A stretch of 64,000 nucleotides of DNA, taken from Lepidodermella squamata (taxonomy: Eukaryota; Animalia; Gastrotricha). The translations under genes and the position numbers were made by a program. Shown piece after piece: positions 49,457 to 61,192 of this stretch (positions are counted from its first letter, which is position 1; every line of letters starts with the position of its first letter). The stretch is taken from the NCBI GenBank assembly GCA_047495785.1, contig JBLDXI010000025.1, forward strand, positions 1,612,001-1,676,000, given 5' to 3'. The notes under the pieces were generated by a model. That model was not told where the DNA came from. It saw nothing but the letters and a program-made list of their open reading frames with translations, and searched no databases.

Positions 49457-52400
49457 TCACAACCAAGACTGATTCAGCTCTTGCATCGAAACACCTGAAG
49501 TCGTGAAAGCCACGTCGATACTATGCACAGCAACATCGCCGCATAACGGGCAATCAGCAGCCAGGATACGATCGAGCTGGTCGATCACATTCGGACTCGG
49601 ATTTTTCGAGCAAACAATGCGATACAAGTCTTCAACTCGTTTCGCCTTATTCGACGGCAAAATTATCGCAGCCAGCTGAGCAGCGCACGCTCGGTGAATG
49701 TGGTGGGAACACGGGAAGACGTAGAATTCGCGAAGGTACAACGGCGCGCGACAAGTGTAGCAGCGATCGGTTCCCGACACTGACACGGCCATTTGGCGAA
49801 GGGAACTCGCGTCTCTTGCCATTTGCTCAGCAGCTCGAGAGCAGTGCTCCAAATCACCTCTAGCTTTCGACACTCGTTCTTTGTAATCTTGAAGAGACGA
49901 TAAAATCGCATCCTTGAAAAAAATAATTAAAAAATCTCACAGGGGAAAACTTAAGACGCAATACCTTGAATTGATCAATCGTAACTGAGTCTGAGAAGAA
50001 CGGCAGTAAATCTTCAATGCGAATGAGTCTGTCGCAATCGTTGACAATGTCAAGTGCACGGCCTATTCCGGAATGTTGGCCATGTTCGATGCTGATGACA
50101 TGCTTAGCGATTGCGAACCAAATTTGCCGGCGAGTATCAACGTCAACCGGCGGACGGGCGAAATCCAACTTTTTAGCGACTGATTTTGCCAGCTCGACGT
50201 CAACTCGCAACGCAGCAGTAATTGCGTCTTCGTAGTAACCAGCCAATGGGTATAGAATCACAAGGGCTCGATTCAAATTGTCACGCTCGCAAATGCTGAA
50301 ATAAGCCGAACAATTTACTTGAACTGCAATTGAACCGTGAAACTTACTTGATAGCGAATTTGACATCAAATGGAACTTGAGCTTCGTCGCAATACCTCTC
50401 AAGATATGGCACCAAATCCGATTGTTGATACTTCGATAGCAGCAACAGCAAGTAGTTGTGTAAAACAGTTTCTTTGAATCTAAAATTTCGAATTTAATCA
50501 AATCATCACATCTCGAGAGTGGAAAATCAACAAACCCCAATTTATCAATGGCATGTCGCAAGTAAATGATGATATCGCCGATAATAGGTGAATTAGCTGG
50601 CAGAGATAGCTCGAGCTCGACAAAAACGGGCACTAGATTTTGTGGTTTGATAGTTGGCCCGACTTCGCGCATCAATCTGAGCGTTTCGCTCGGCAAGTGG
50701 CGCAAAATTTGCGGCAAACACGTTGCCATCAAGTGCCGACCTTCACGGCCTTTGTGCTTCTCAAGAACAGCCAATGCCTAACAAATTACATTAGTATGCC
50801 AATAAAACATGACTTTCCAGCCTTGGTATACCTCGCGATATTGTTTCCGATTTATGTAATAATTGCACACTGTCTGCCAATCTCGGATGAGCTCAGCGAC
50901 AAAAATCGCGTTTTCCCAGTCACCATGCGACAAAAATAACTCATATCGACGACTTCCCAGCTGAGTCAAAGCCTCCACAACATCACGCCTGGACAGGAAA
51001 CTTCTGAAATCGCTTAAAAGAGATGCGGGCGACACGTGGCGGCCAGGCACAGCCAAAGTCACATCGGCATTCAAAATTGAATCAAGAGGCTGGGAGCTGG
51101 GGGAAGCTGCCTGAGAACATTCCGACAACTGACCCAGATATATGTCGATCAACCACAAAATAATGGTGGTGACAGCAACAGACACGTTGGGAGGGGTATT
51201 GCTAGTGACAGCTTGGCTTGTTTCGACGACTGTTGGGTTCAGCAGCTCTAGCCGTCGCATCAAATAAATGCGCAAGGGCTCTCGGTCGCTCAATGCAAGT
51301 AAATCAGGGACAACTTGCTCGATTGGAGCCTGGCTCTCAGCAAAATACTGAGCACACTTGATGTACTCTCCAGATGTATACAGCGATTTAGCCTAAAATA
51401 AACTAAATTAAGCAGCGAAGTGCCAAGGCTCGAAAATAACTTACGGTCTCCATTAAAACTCGATTAAGCTTCGTCCTATCGTTGCTGCAAAACTTTTTCG
51501 CCTTCTCAAAATCACCAATACTCAGAAAATACTTCCACAAGTCGCGATCTTCGTTAGCCATGGTGAGTTGATAGATGTAATTGCGTGTCCAGATCCAAAC
51601 GGTGTGTCGCACTGGATCCTGGGTAACTCCTAGCACTGGCTCGAAAATATCCTCCATTTTGTCATCTTCGACCATTTGCTCGCTATAATTGGAAAGATGA
51701 AATAAGAAATCTCGCCAAGACATCAATGTTACCTCAAAGAGTTATATAAGAGGGCTGATTTTTCAAAAAGTACAATGGCGTGATACTGTCCAATAGCAAT
51801 TCCCACTAGTTTTCCAGCAGTGCCGGAAGAAGCACCGCGGCTAGCAGATGTATTGGCACCACGAATAGATTTCGGGAAATATATAAGCTTTTGCTTGCAT
51901 AAGAACATTTTGTTGTCGATGCAATTAGGCGATAAGTCGAATTGGGCAGCGTAAACGCCGGAGGATGTAAGCCAAGAAAAGGAAGCCGGCGGAGCATCGT
52001 GCGGTTGATAAACTGCGATGGAAGTGCTTGATGGCGGAAGACTTGCCGCTGGCATTTCAATACAAGTTAGCATGTTAGCCGCTGGGTATGATTTAAACAA
52101 AGGCTGAAATGCAGTCGGTGCGGCGCCAGTAGAAGCAGCAGTCATTTGATTTCCCTGTGAAGTTTGTTGCATTCCGCTAAAAACGTTAGGAATGATGTTT
52201 GGAAATTGCCCAAATGTTGAAGTAGAAGGAGCGGCACATACACCGACGAATTGATACAAAGCTCCCGATAACGTGGTGGCAACAACGCAATGTTGGGCAT
52301 CAGCCATATTCGATACACCACTAGCTTTCGAATAGTAAAGCCCGGCACAAGGACCTGGGAGCTTATAAACTGTTTCACAATAAACTTCTGGGGGTGTTTG

Positions 52401-52970
52401 CTGTTGGGGCTGTTGCTGACCAAGAACACGAGCCAAAGGCGCAGCGCCATCAGTAAAGCTGAACAAAGCTTCGATGATCTCCCCCTTTTCAGTGCCAATC
52501 AAAACAGGCCCAGAGGTGCTCGCACGGTTTTTCTGAGTTTGATCCAACGAAAATGGAGACCAGGCGACACAAGAAATGGCGTAGCCTCGAAGAGAATTGA
52601 CTGGTTTTACCGTAAATTGGCGTTTACCCTGCGCAGTATTGCCAGGCGGGGTATATATCAAGTAAACGTAATTGGAAGTCGTAGTCACGATACATGATAA
52701 GCCATTTGGGCTAGAAAACACGCGATTTATCTCCTCATTCGGCTGGTTCGCAGACAACACTGCCACCTCTTCGACAGTTGGAAGCTGGTTAGCAGAGGAT
52801 GCCCCAGAAACAGTGTCATGCCAAAGTATCTGCCTGCCGGATGCAATTATCCAAAGTCTGCCGGCGCCAGCGGACAAGCCTAATAGCGAGTCACCCAGCT
52901 GATGGTACTTGAACTTGGTACGCAGAAGAAGAGGCGACTCATCGCTATTTTCACGATAATATTGACTCAT
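49457..52970 (-). CDS. VPS18: Vacuolar protein sorting 18 (HOPS/CORVET), multi-exon
   Basis: N-terminal beta-propeller region (GPVLIGTEKGEI.E), EDRDLWKYFL..G.FE.A, LIRIEDLLPFF.D.VTIDQFK and a C-terminal RING-H2 (CYTC..FYVFPCSHHIH..C...DCPLCG). Confidence 0.92.
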
Positions 52971-53498
52971 TTATCGGCTCAAATATGATTACTTTGCAGA
53001 GAAATTGAAGGTGGACTGTGCTCGAATCCACGTTTTGAAACCCTCTAGGTTTTCTGCTTCGTGACTCACGAAAGCTTGAAGCTTCAAAAACACCGGCTCT
53101 CTCCGCTATAACGCACAAAAAACCTCAAAAAAAGCGAAAGCCAGAATCAGCTGATTTTTAAAAACTAATACTTCTGATGGTCATAAATTATAAACATTGT
53201 GGCACTTATGTTGGCATACTTTTATAAAAATTAATTGTCAGAAACAAAAAGTTGGGTTTTTTCGAAAGCGAGCGCGTGACCTACCGACGCTTTCCTCGAA
53301 CCGTCTGCCAAGCTATCGAGCCGAGAGAGCCGTCTGCCGTCTGCCTTTTTTCTTTTACAGATTTACCGAACCCGGATTCAAGTTTTTGTCAATGACCTCA
53401 TTAAGCACTCTGTTGCATTTGGCCTGAAATCATCGCTCTTTTTAGTAATAGGAGTATATTGTTGCCTTCATCGATTTTGCTTTGATTGACGGCGAAAG

Positions 53499-56400
53499 AT
53501 GCCGCCGACAAGTTCAATTGTTCATGATCCGAGCAAATCAAAGAACAACAATGAGTACATGCCCGGGACGAGTGTTTATGGCCTGCGAAATTTGGCTGAT
53601 CCAAAATATCGCAAGTGGCCCAATAAGCTGAATGAGGTTCGTGGCATATTTTCGAAACTTATTTTACGCAGCAATATTATTTCCTCATAGTTAGCCGCTG
53701 AGGCAGTAAGACCTCACATTGAATCTTTCAATTTCGCTCTGAGTGAAGGCTTCCGCGCGGCATGCGAGCGTAGCCTTCCAGTTTATATTCGTCAAACTTC
53801 AAACGGGCAATCTATAAAGCTTCGCATTGTTGAAGTCAGCATTGCTAAACCTCGTATTCGCCACGGTGCAAATGCTGTCAGAACGCCCGCACTGTATCCA
53901 CGAGAATGTCGCATGGCTCGCAAATCATACTGTGGAGAGTTATCTGCCGTTGTTGAATGGTCAGTTGACGGCGTTCCGGCTGGTACAGCGTCTGTACCGG
54001 TTGGTGATATTCCTATAATGGTTGGTTCAAAAGCATGTAATCTTTCTGGGTTGAGCCCCGCGGAGCTCGCTAAACTTGGCGAAGAGGCAGACGAGTGCGG
54101 CGGATATTTCATCTCAAACGGTGTCGAAAGGGTGATACGTATGCTGATCGCGCCTCGTCGCAACCATCCTCTTCTGTTTGTGCGAGCATCTTTCCGAAAC
54201 CGATCACCTGAATACACCGAGTTTGGTGTTCAAATTCGCTGTGTTCCTGACGATCAATGTGCTACCGTAAGCACGATTTAACAACTGTTTGAATTCGATA
54301 TATATTGAATATTTTTCAGATAAACTTTCTTCATTTCTTGAATAACGGGAATGTTGTTATGGGATTTTTCTTGAATCGTGAGCAGTTCTTCGTACCTGCG
54401 ATATTGCTGCTCAAAGCTTTCGAGGATGCTCCTGATTCTTTCATTTTCGATCGACTTATAAAAGGCGCTGAAAATAACGCATATTTCCGCGGTATTTGCG
54501 TATCAATGCTTCGACGTGCTCAAGATGCGAAGCTCCATACTAGACGCGACGTGCTGAAATATATCGGCGAGCACTTTCGCATTCGATGCAATCGAACCCC
54601 ACCATGGTTCACAGACGAGCAAGTCGGTCAATTTTTGCTTGATCACTGCGTTTTGACGCATCTGAAAACCGGCGCTGATAAATTTAACCTACTTGCCTAC
54701 ATGATCCAGCGCGTTTGTTTGCTGGCAAAAGGCGAATGTGCCCCTGACAATCCTGACAGTTTGTCAAATCAAGAAGTGCTCGTTTCTGGTCATGTTTATT
54801 TAGCTGTATTGATGGAACGTCTCGATTATTGGTTGTACTCATTGGCTCAGCAATTGCAGCGGAATATGGACATTCAAGCTGGCGCTGTCGAAATGAGTGA
54901 GAAAACACCTAAACGAGGCCTTCTAGGTGCGTTGTCATCAGGAGCTAGTAGCTCGAGCCAGTTTAACGAGAACTTGATCAAAAGCTGCACGAAAAATGCC
55001 CATCTCGTATCCAGAGGCATTGATTACTTCATCGCGACCGGAAATTTGCCTCACAAGTCTGGTTTAGTCGGTCTCCAATCTGCTGGTATAACTGTTACTG
55101 CTGATTCAATTAACCGGCTGCGGTTTTTGAGCCATTTTGCCGCGGTACATCGAGGCGCTTTCTTCACTGAGATGAGATCTTCAGGCGTTCGTCAATTACG
55201 TCCCGAAGCTTGGGGCTTTATTTGCTCAGTCCATACTCCTGATGGCGCCCCTTGCGGTTTGCTCAATCACTTGACGAAATCTTGCAGAATTCAGTCGGAA
55301 ATCGGCAATCATTCAGCCGCAGCGAAGGCGTTGCTGAGTCTCGGTGTTATTGAATGGCAGTCAACAGCTGCTAATTTGAGTGAAACTTTTCATTTCCCAG
55401 TTTTCGCCGACGGTTGTTTGGTCGGTTATTTGCCTGAATCACGGGCTTATAGCGTCGTATCGGGCCTGAGGGCTATGAAAATTACCGGAACTGGCGGGGT
55501 TTCCGAGGGCACTGAAATCTGCTTCGTGCCGAAGCGTGAAGCCGGTCTAGCCGCCCCGTCACCTGGCTTATGGGTGTTCACAACCCCGGCTCGTTTCATG
55601 CGACCTGTTCGAAATTTGAAGCTTAACAAGGTTGAAATGATCGGAACTCTCGAGCAAACATGGCTACCTATCGCCTTGTTGCATCACGCGGATGATCAAG
55701 CGATTGAAGCGGATCACTGCGAGTTGACCCCGGACTGCCAGTTGAGCCTGCTCGGCTCATTTGCGCCGTACTCTGACTTCAACCAAAGTCCGCGCAACGT
55801 CTACCAGTGTCAGATGATAAAGCAGGCGATTGGTTGGGGCAACCAAGCGCCGTTATCTCGGGCTGATTTGAAGAGTTACTCCCTCGTCTGCCCACAAGCT
55901 CCGATTTGCAGAACCATGGCATATACCGAGTCGGACGGTGACGCCCACCCGACTGGTTGCAGCGCGATTGTCGCGGTAATTGCCTATTCCGGGTACGATA
56001 TGGAGGACGCTATGGTAATGAGTAAAGCGTCGAGGGATCGAGGCATTCTTCGGGCTAATATCTACATATCAGCGCTGGTCGAGCTGCGAGACGTTGATCG
56101 TGAACAGGAAGGATCTTGCTCATACTTCTTCTGCAAAGACCCTCGCTCCCCGGACCAGACCCACCTCGGTGACGATGGGTTACCCGAAATCGGTGCAATG
56201 CTACAGCCTGGTGATGTAGTTTGCAGCTACCGTCATGTTCACAGCCCGACTCAGTTCGGAGTTCAGCGGTTCAAGGGCTCTGATGCGGTCATTGTTGAGC
56301 GGGTTGCGTTGCTACCCGACAACGCGGCCACGCCCTGCGATTGGCCTGTTCGAGCTACGATCCTCCTCCGCCAGCCCCGCATGCCGGTAATCGGTGACAA

Positions 56401-57361
56401 GTGCGCTAGTCGTCACGGCCAAAAGGGCATTTGCTCGGCCTTCTGGCCTGAGGCTGATATGCCGTTCAACGAACAGGGCATGTCGGCTGATATCATTTTC
56501 AACCCTCACGGTTTCCCGTCTCGAATGACAGTCGGGATGATGCTGGAGTCGATGGCTGGTAAGGTGGCGGCCGCTCACGGTTTAGGGTGGATTGACGCTA
56601 CCCCCTTCACCTACCCGGCTAAATTTGGCAAGAAGAAGAAGTCGAGCGATGACGATGATGACGAGGAGGAGGCGGAGGATGCTGTTGATTACCTGGGCCG
56701 TATGCTGGTATCAGCCGGTTATGAGTACTACGGCACCGAGACAATGTTCAGTGGCGTGACGGGCGAGGAGCTAGAGGCGCAGATTTTCAACGGAATCGTT
56801 TACTACCAGCGCCTGCGTCACATGGTCGCTGATAAGTTTCAGTGCCGTGCCACTGGGCCGATTGACCCGTGCACTGGCCAGCCGATCAAGGGTCGTAAAC
56901 GAGGTGGTGGTATTCGTTTGGGTGAAATGGAGCGTGACGCGTTAATTGCTTCAGGTATGGATTTTATTGCCTTTATTCGACGAGTCTGCAGAATTAAAGA
57001 ATTAGTATTCATTTTATAACTTAAATCTAACAAATTTCCGTTTTTCCCGAAATTAGGCGCTTCTTTCCTGTTGACGGATCGCCTGTTCAACTGTTCTGAT
57101 CGATCAAGAGCCGCAGCTTGTAGGCGATGCGGATCACTGATCGGTGTTAGTCCGGCTCCGGAGAAACGCGATTTGGGCTCAATGATGGCGAACCCGTCAA
57201 GTGGAGACAGCGATGAGCGGTACTGGACGTGTCGGTCGTGCGGCAAACACGACCAGGTGTGCATTATCAGCCTGCCATTCGCCGCTCGTTTCCTCGTCAG
57301 CGAACTCGCGGCGATGAACATTCGTGTCAAACTCGACATAGAATCCAGCCTCAGGTCTTAG
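53499..57361 (+). CDS. POLR1B: RNA polymerase I second-largest subunit (RPA2/RPA135), 4 exons
   Basis: HIESFN, GGYFISNGVER, SHF.AVHRGAFF, HTPDGAPCGLLNHL, NQSPRN.YQCQM.KQ, GYDMEDAM, GDK.ASRHGQKG, RLRHMV.DKFQ, GGIRLGEMERD and a C-terminal Zn ribbon. Confidence 0.96.
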
Positions 57362-57603
57362 ATACAAAAAATGTGCCATAAATTCTACATTTGTTGAAGG
57401 TTGGGTGGTAAAACAGAAAAACTGCGCTTCCAAAAAAATTGATTCCATTTTAAGGAACTAATATTCCACCGTTTTCATAGGTATTATGGTCGATACTGAC
57501 CGTTATTTAAATTTTTATTTCATTTGGAACGTCTTTTTCACGCTGCTAGTCGTTGCTTTCTTCGTTTTCATTCTCGTCAATTTTTTCCTGTGATTTCTCG
57601 ACA

Positions 57604-59649
57604 ATGGAGCGTTTTCATCACGGTGGTCAAATGGCGCCATCATCCGGGGTTTTCGCCCTGCTAAATATGGCCATGCGATTGGTTCAACAAATTCACCAGA
57701 CGCCGCGGCAAATGCTGCTGATGCTATCGGGTCGCGATAAAAGTGACGTCTCCACGGCAACGACGGTTGGTGAACTGTCGGCGGAACTTCAAATCAAGCT
57801 TAACACGGCTATGCAGTACTTGGCTGATCTCGAAAAACTTATGGCGGTGAGTGAGAATACAAATTATTTTTTTGGAATTAAATTAAGGAAGATTTTTTAA
57901 ATTTCAATAATTTCAAAAATTGCTTTTCGGTTTTTTTTAATTTGTTGGTGAATTTCTTGATTTTCTGATTCCTTAAACTGTTCTCTCTACGGCAGCGTTT
58001 TTAATGTGACACCCTGTATTTGTTGAAAAATTCTGGCTGAACTGATTCTTAACTTCAAGCTAACTTTTATGACTTTTTTCTATTTTTAGCAATTAATCCA
58101 AGTTCCGCAGCTCAATTTTGACAACGATCCAGAGAACTCAGCATTATTAGCCTCGGATGATCCTGGGATTAACGCGATTTCTTCGCTGTCAAAGCTCAAC
58201 GATGCAGCTTCGATCGCGATCATCGAATTCAGCCGGCATTCGAATCGATGGCGGCAGAGCCATCGATTGGCTGGCACGTCATTCGCCAGCGTGAAACAGC
58301 CGACCACACTAACCCTGGCCTACTCGCCGGCTCAGGTCGTCGCGCATTTGAGCCAATTTCGCCAAACTGGCCCTGAGGTTTCTATTGATTTCATGCAGAA
58401 CGTCAGTAATGCAAATGAACCCGGTGTGACGGTGCTAGTTATGACGATTAGTCGTGTTTGCCGTGTGATGATTGCCTTGCATGGCCTCCTACCCGAGTGG
58501 TTGATTGTTCGCGGTCTCAGCGAGCCGTTTTGCGATTCGACTGGAAAGCCGGACTTATTTACCCCATCGGAGACTCAAACTTTCAGAGCGGTAAGAAATC
58601 TTCTCAAATAATTCAAATATTAGAAATGAAGAAACAAGAAGTAGCGCACGGTTAGGAATACCCTAGTTTGAAGCTAAAATTTGATTCCAATAAAACAAAT
58701 TGGGTAATTTGAATAGGTTTAGGTTAGATTATATTTTAGATATTAAAATCGAGGAAGGCCACCAGAAAATCGGTGGAAGATTTTTCTTTGATTTTTTGGC
58801 TCTGCTTCAAGAATTTCCTAGTTTCAAGACACCTCGTGACTTCTTTGAACTATCCTAATTTCACCCGAGCTATTTTTGGAGTGTAACATTCTGGTCCGTT
58901 TTCAGAACAGAAATGAAGTCTAATCTCACACGAGCGCTAACTTTTAACAACAATCAAAACAATTCCACGGTGCGATTCTTGCCAATGTATCCCCAAATTT
59001 TAGGTGGCGAAATTTAATTGAATTTTTAATAAATAAATTTAAGCTATTTCCTACTTATACCCAAAAGTTTGCCTTACCGTCAGGAAAAAGTCCCGACTTT
59101 TACTGATTCATCTTGATCATTTTATCGTAAAACTGAAATTAGCAATGCTAATTTGGCGTATATTGGACGTTGTTTCTGAAGTCCCTGTGTAAAAAGTAGG
59201 TGGTAGCAGCCTGTATCAGTAAAGCCTCGCAAATGCTGCGGTGATATCTCATAGTCTACTATCTGGCACTGGTATCATTTATATGAGCCCGAAAGATGAG
59301 TCATATTACGATTGAATTACCGCAAATGCTATAAATTGAGGCTGTGATGAGCAAAATGTATCAATATTTCATTTACTTTTCTCAGATGACCCATTGCTGC
59401 CTGGTGGCCATGCAAACTGTATCAGCCTCTTTGAGAGAGTCGAAATTGAAAAACTTGCTCGTGAGTCTTCAGCCTTGCTGTTTTATTTTATTCTATACTT
59501 TTAAAATTCAGACTTGGCTTCAATCCTATCGCTATGTCTTCGTTCAACCTTGCCAAAGATGTGGTCGTTTGCTCGATCGCGAATTCCTGCCCCCGGTTTG
59601 GCGCGACGTTCGCAGCCCTGATCACGGCTTTCACCTTGATTGCCGCTAA
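57604..59649 (+). CDS. MED27: Mediator subunit 27, 4 exons
   Basis: C-terminal WLQSY..VF..PCQRCG..L....PP.WRD......H..CR zinc motif and EWLIVRG..E. Exons 57604-57846, 58090-58590, 59386-59460, 59512-59649. Confidence 0.88.
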
Positions 59650-59755
59650 AATGAACCCATCTCGCGTCTTTTCTATCGTTTTCTTCGTCGAAAAAAATCA
59701 GCCGTTAATTTTCCCCGATTTTCATAGATTTTACAGCTATAAAATTGAGGAATTA

Positions 59756-60681
59756 ATGGACCCGAGCCTTATCACAGTTTCGCCTAACCACGGGCGGCCT
59801 TTCCTATCACCGGTCGGCGGTTTGCTATCGCCGACCCGGTCAGGCCACGAACCAGTCCCGAAGCCGTTTTTCATCGGTGTTTGCGGTGGTCCTGCGTCCG
59901 GAAAAACCGAAGTATGCGACAAAATCACCGGAAAATTGACCGAATTATCTGGAAATGAAGCCCGTATTGGGCAACGAGTTGCCGTCGTGAATATGGACTC
60001 GTTCTACCGAAAACTGACCCCGCAAGAATTCGAAGCTGCGCAATGTGGCGTGTTCAATTTCGACCACCCAAACGCGTTTGATGAGCACAAATTATTCGAT
60101 ACGCTGGAGCAAATTCGCAGAGGCGAACAAGTCACGCTGTCTGCGTATGACTACGTGCAAAACCAACCGAATCCGCAGGAAACCAAAGTCATCGGACAGG
60201 TTGATGTCGTGCTAGTCGAGGGTATCCTCGTTTTCTACTACCCGAAAATTCGCGAATTGTTTCATCTCAAACTATTTGTTGAAACCGATTCGGAATCACG
60301 ACTCGTTAAAAGAAGTAAGGAGAAAAAAGAAAATTAAGGCGGATTTTATTGAAATTTAATGATTTTTTCAGTTATGCGTGATACTGTCGATCACGGCCGG
60401 TCGCTAGACAAAGTGCTAGGCCAATACCTGAACTACGTCAAACCAAGCTACGAACAATATTGCCTTCCGACGAAAAAATACGCTGACGTAATCATACCTC
60501 GCGGAGCTGATAATCAGAGTAAATATTTTCAATTATTCACCTGATTTTTTTCAAATTGTCATTTTATTTCTTAGTTGCTCTGGATATGATTGCTGAGCAT
60601 ATAAACGACATTTTAAATGGAACAGTGAAGCGCTTCCTCGTCGGAGGACTAGTCGGACCGCAGCAAATGAGGCCTCATTGA
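59756..60681 (+). CDS. UCK: Uridine-cytidine kinase, 3 exons
   Basis: [15 protein letters not shown]-loop, [44 protein letters not shown]-terminal RPH. Confidence 0.93.
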
Positions 60682-61192
60682 GGGACATCGACTTGTATGT
60701 ATCTCAGTTTATCGACTCTGGAAAATGCGGGTGTGATCTTTCTCAATCCTTTCAGTGTGTTAAATGTGGCCAAGCGATACTTATTAACCTAGTGCTATAT
60801 ATTAATAAAGCAAAATTTATGTTTGAATTGTTGAACGTGTTTTTTCGTTCCTTTTCTACGCCTGATAGCTAAGGTTCGACTCGTTATATGCACTTATGCA
60901 ATTCATGTTTTTTTAAGGAAGAATTTATTAACTCTGAAAATCTGAAATATATATATTGATATATATCTATGTTTACAACATTATATTCTTAGCTTGAAGC
61001 AATTAACTGGCACTTATTTGTGATTGCTGATCTTTTTCTGTTTCTCTTGTCATTTCTGTTTGTCGTCCGGTTTATTCTCTGAGAGGTTTTTACTAACCGC
61101 GTATAAAATTGCTGAACAAAAGTCTAAAAGCGTCGATTTTAGTACCGTAAACTTTGAAAATTTAAAGCTTTCACGTTTTTTTCTCTTAGGGA

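Noticed and set aside
58309-58316. Second CTAACCCT telomere-template-like 8-mer
   Set aside because: It lies inside MED27 coding exon 2 with no H/ACA architecture downstream. It shows the 8-mer alone is not significant.
59534-59755. N-terminal extension of UCK overlapping the MED27 3' end (ORF track start 59534)
   Set aside because: The upstream part is an alternative frame of the MED27 last exon plus spacer. UCK homology and an acceptor site point to ATG 59756.
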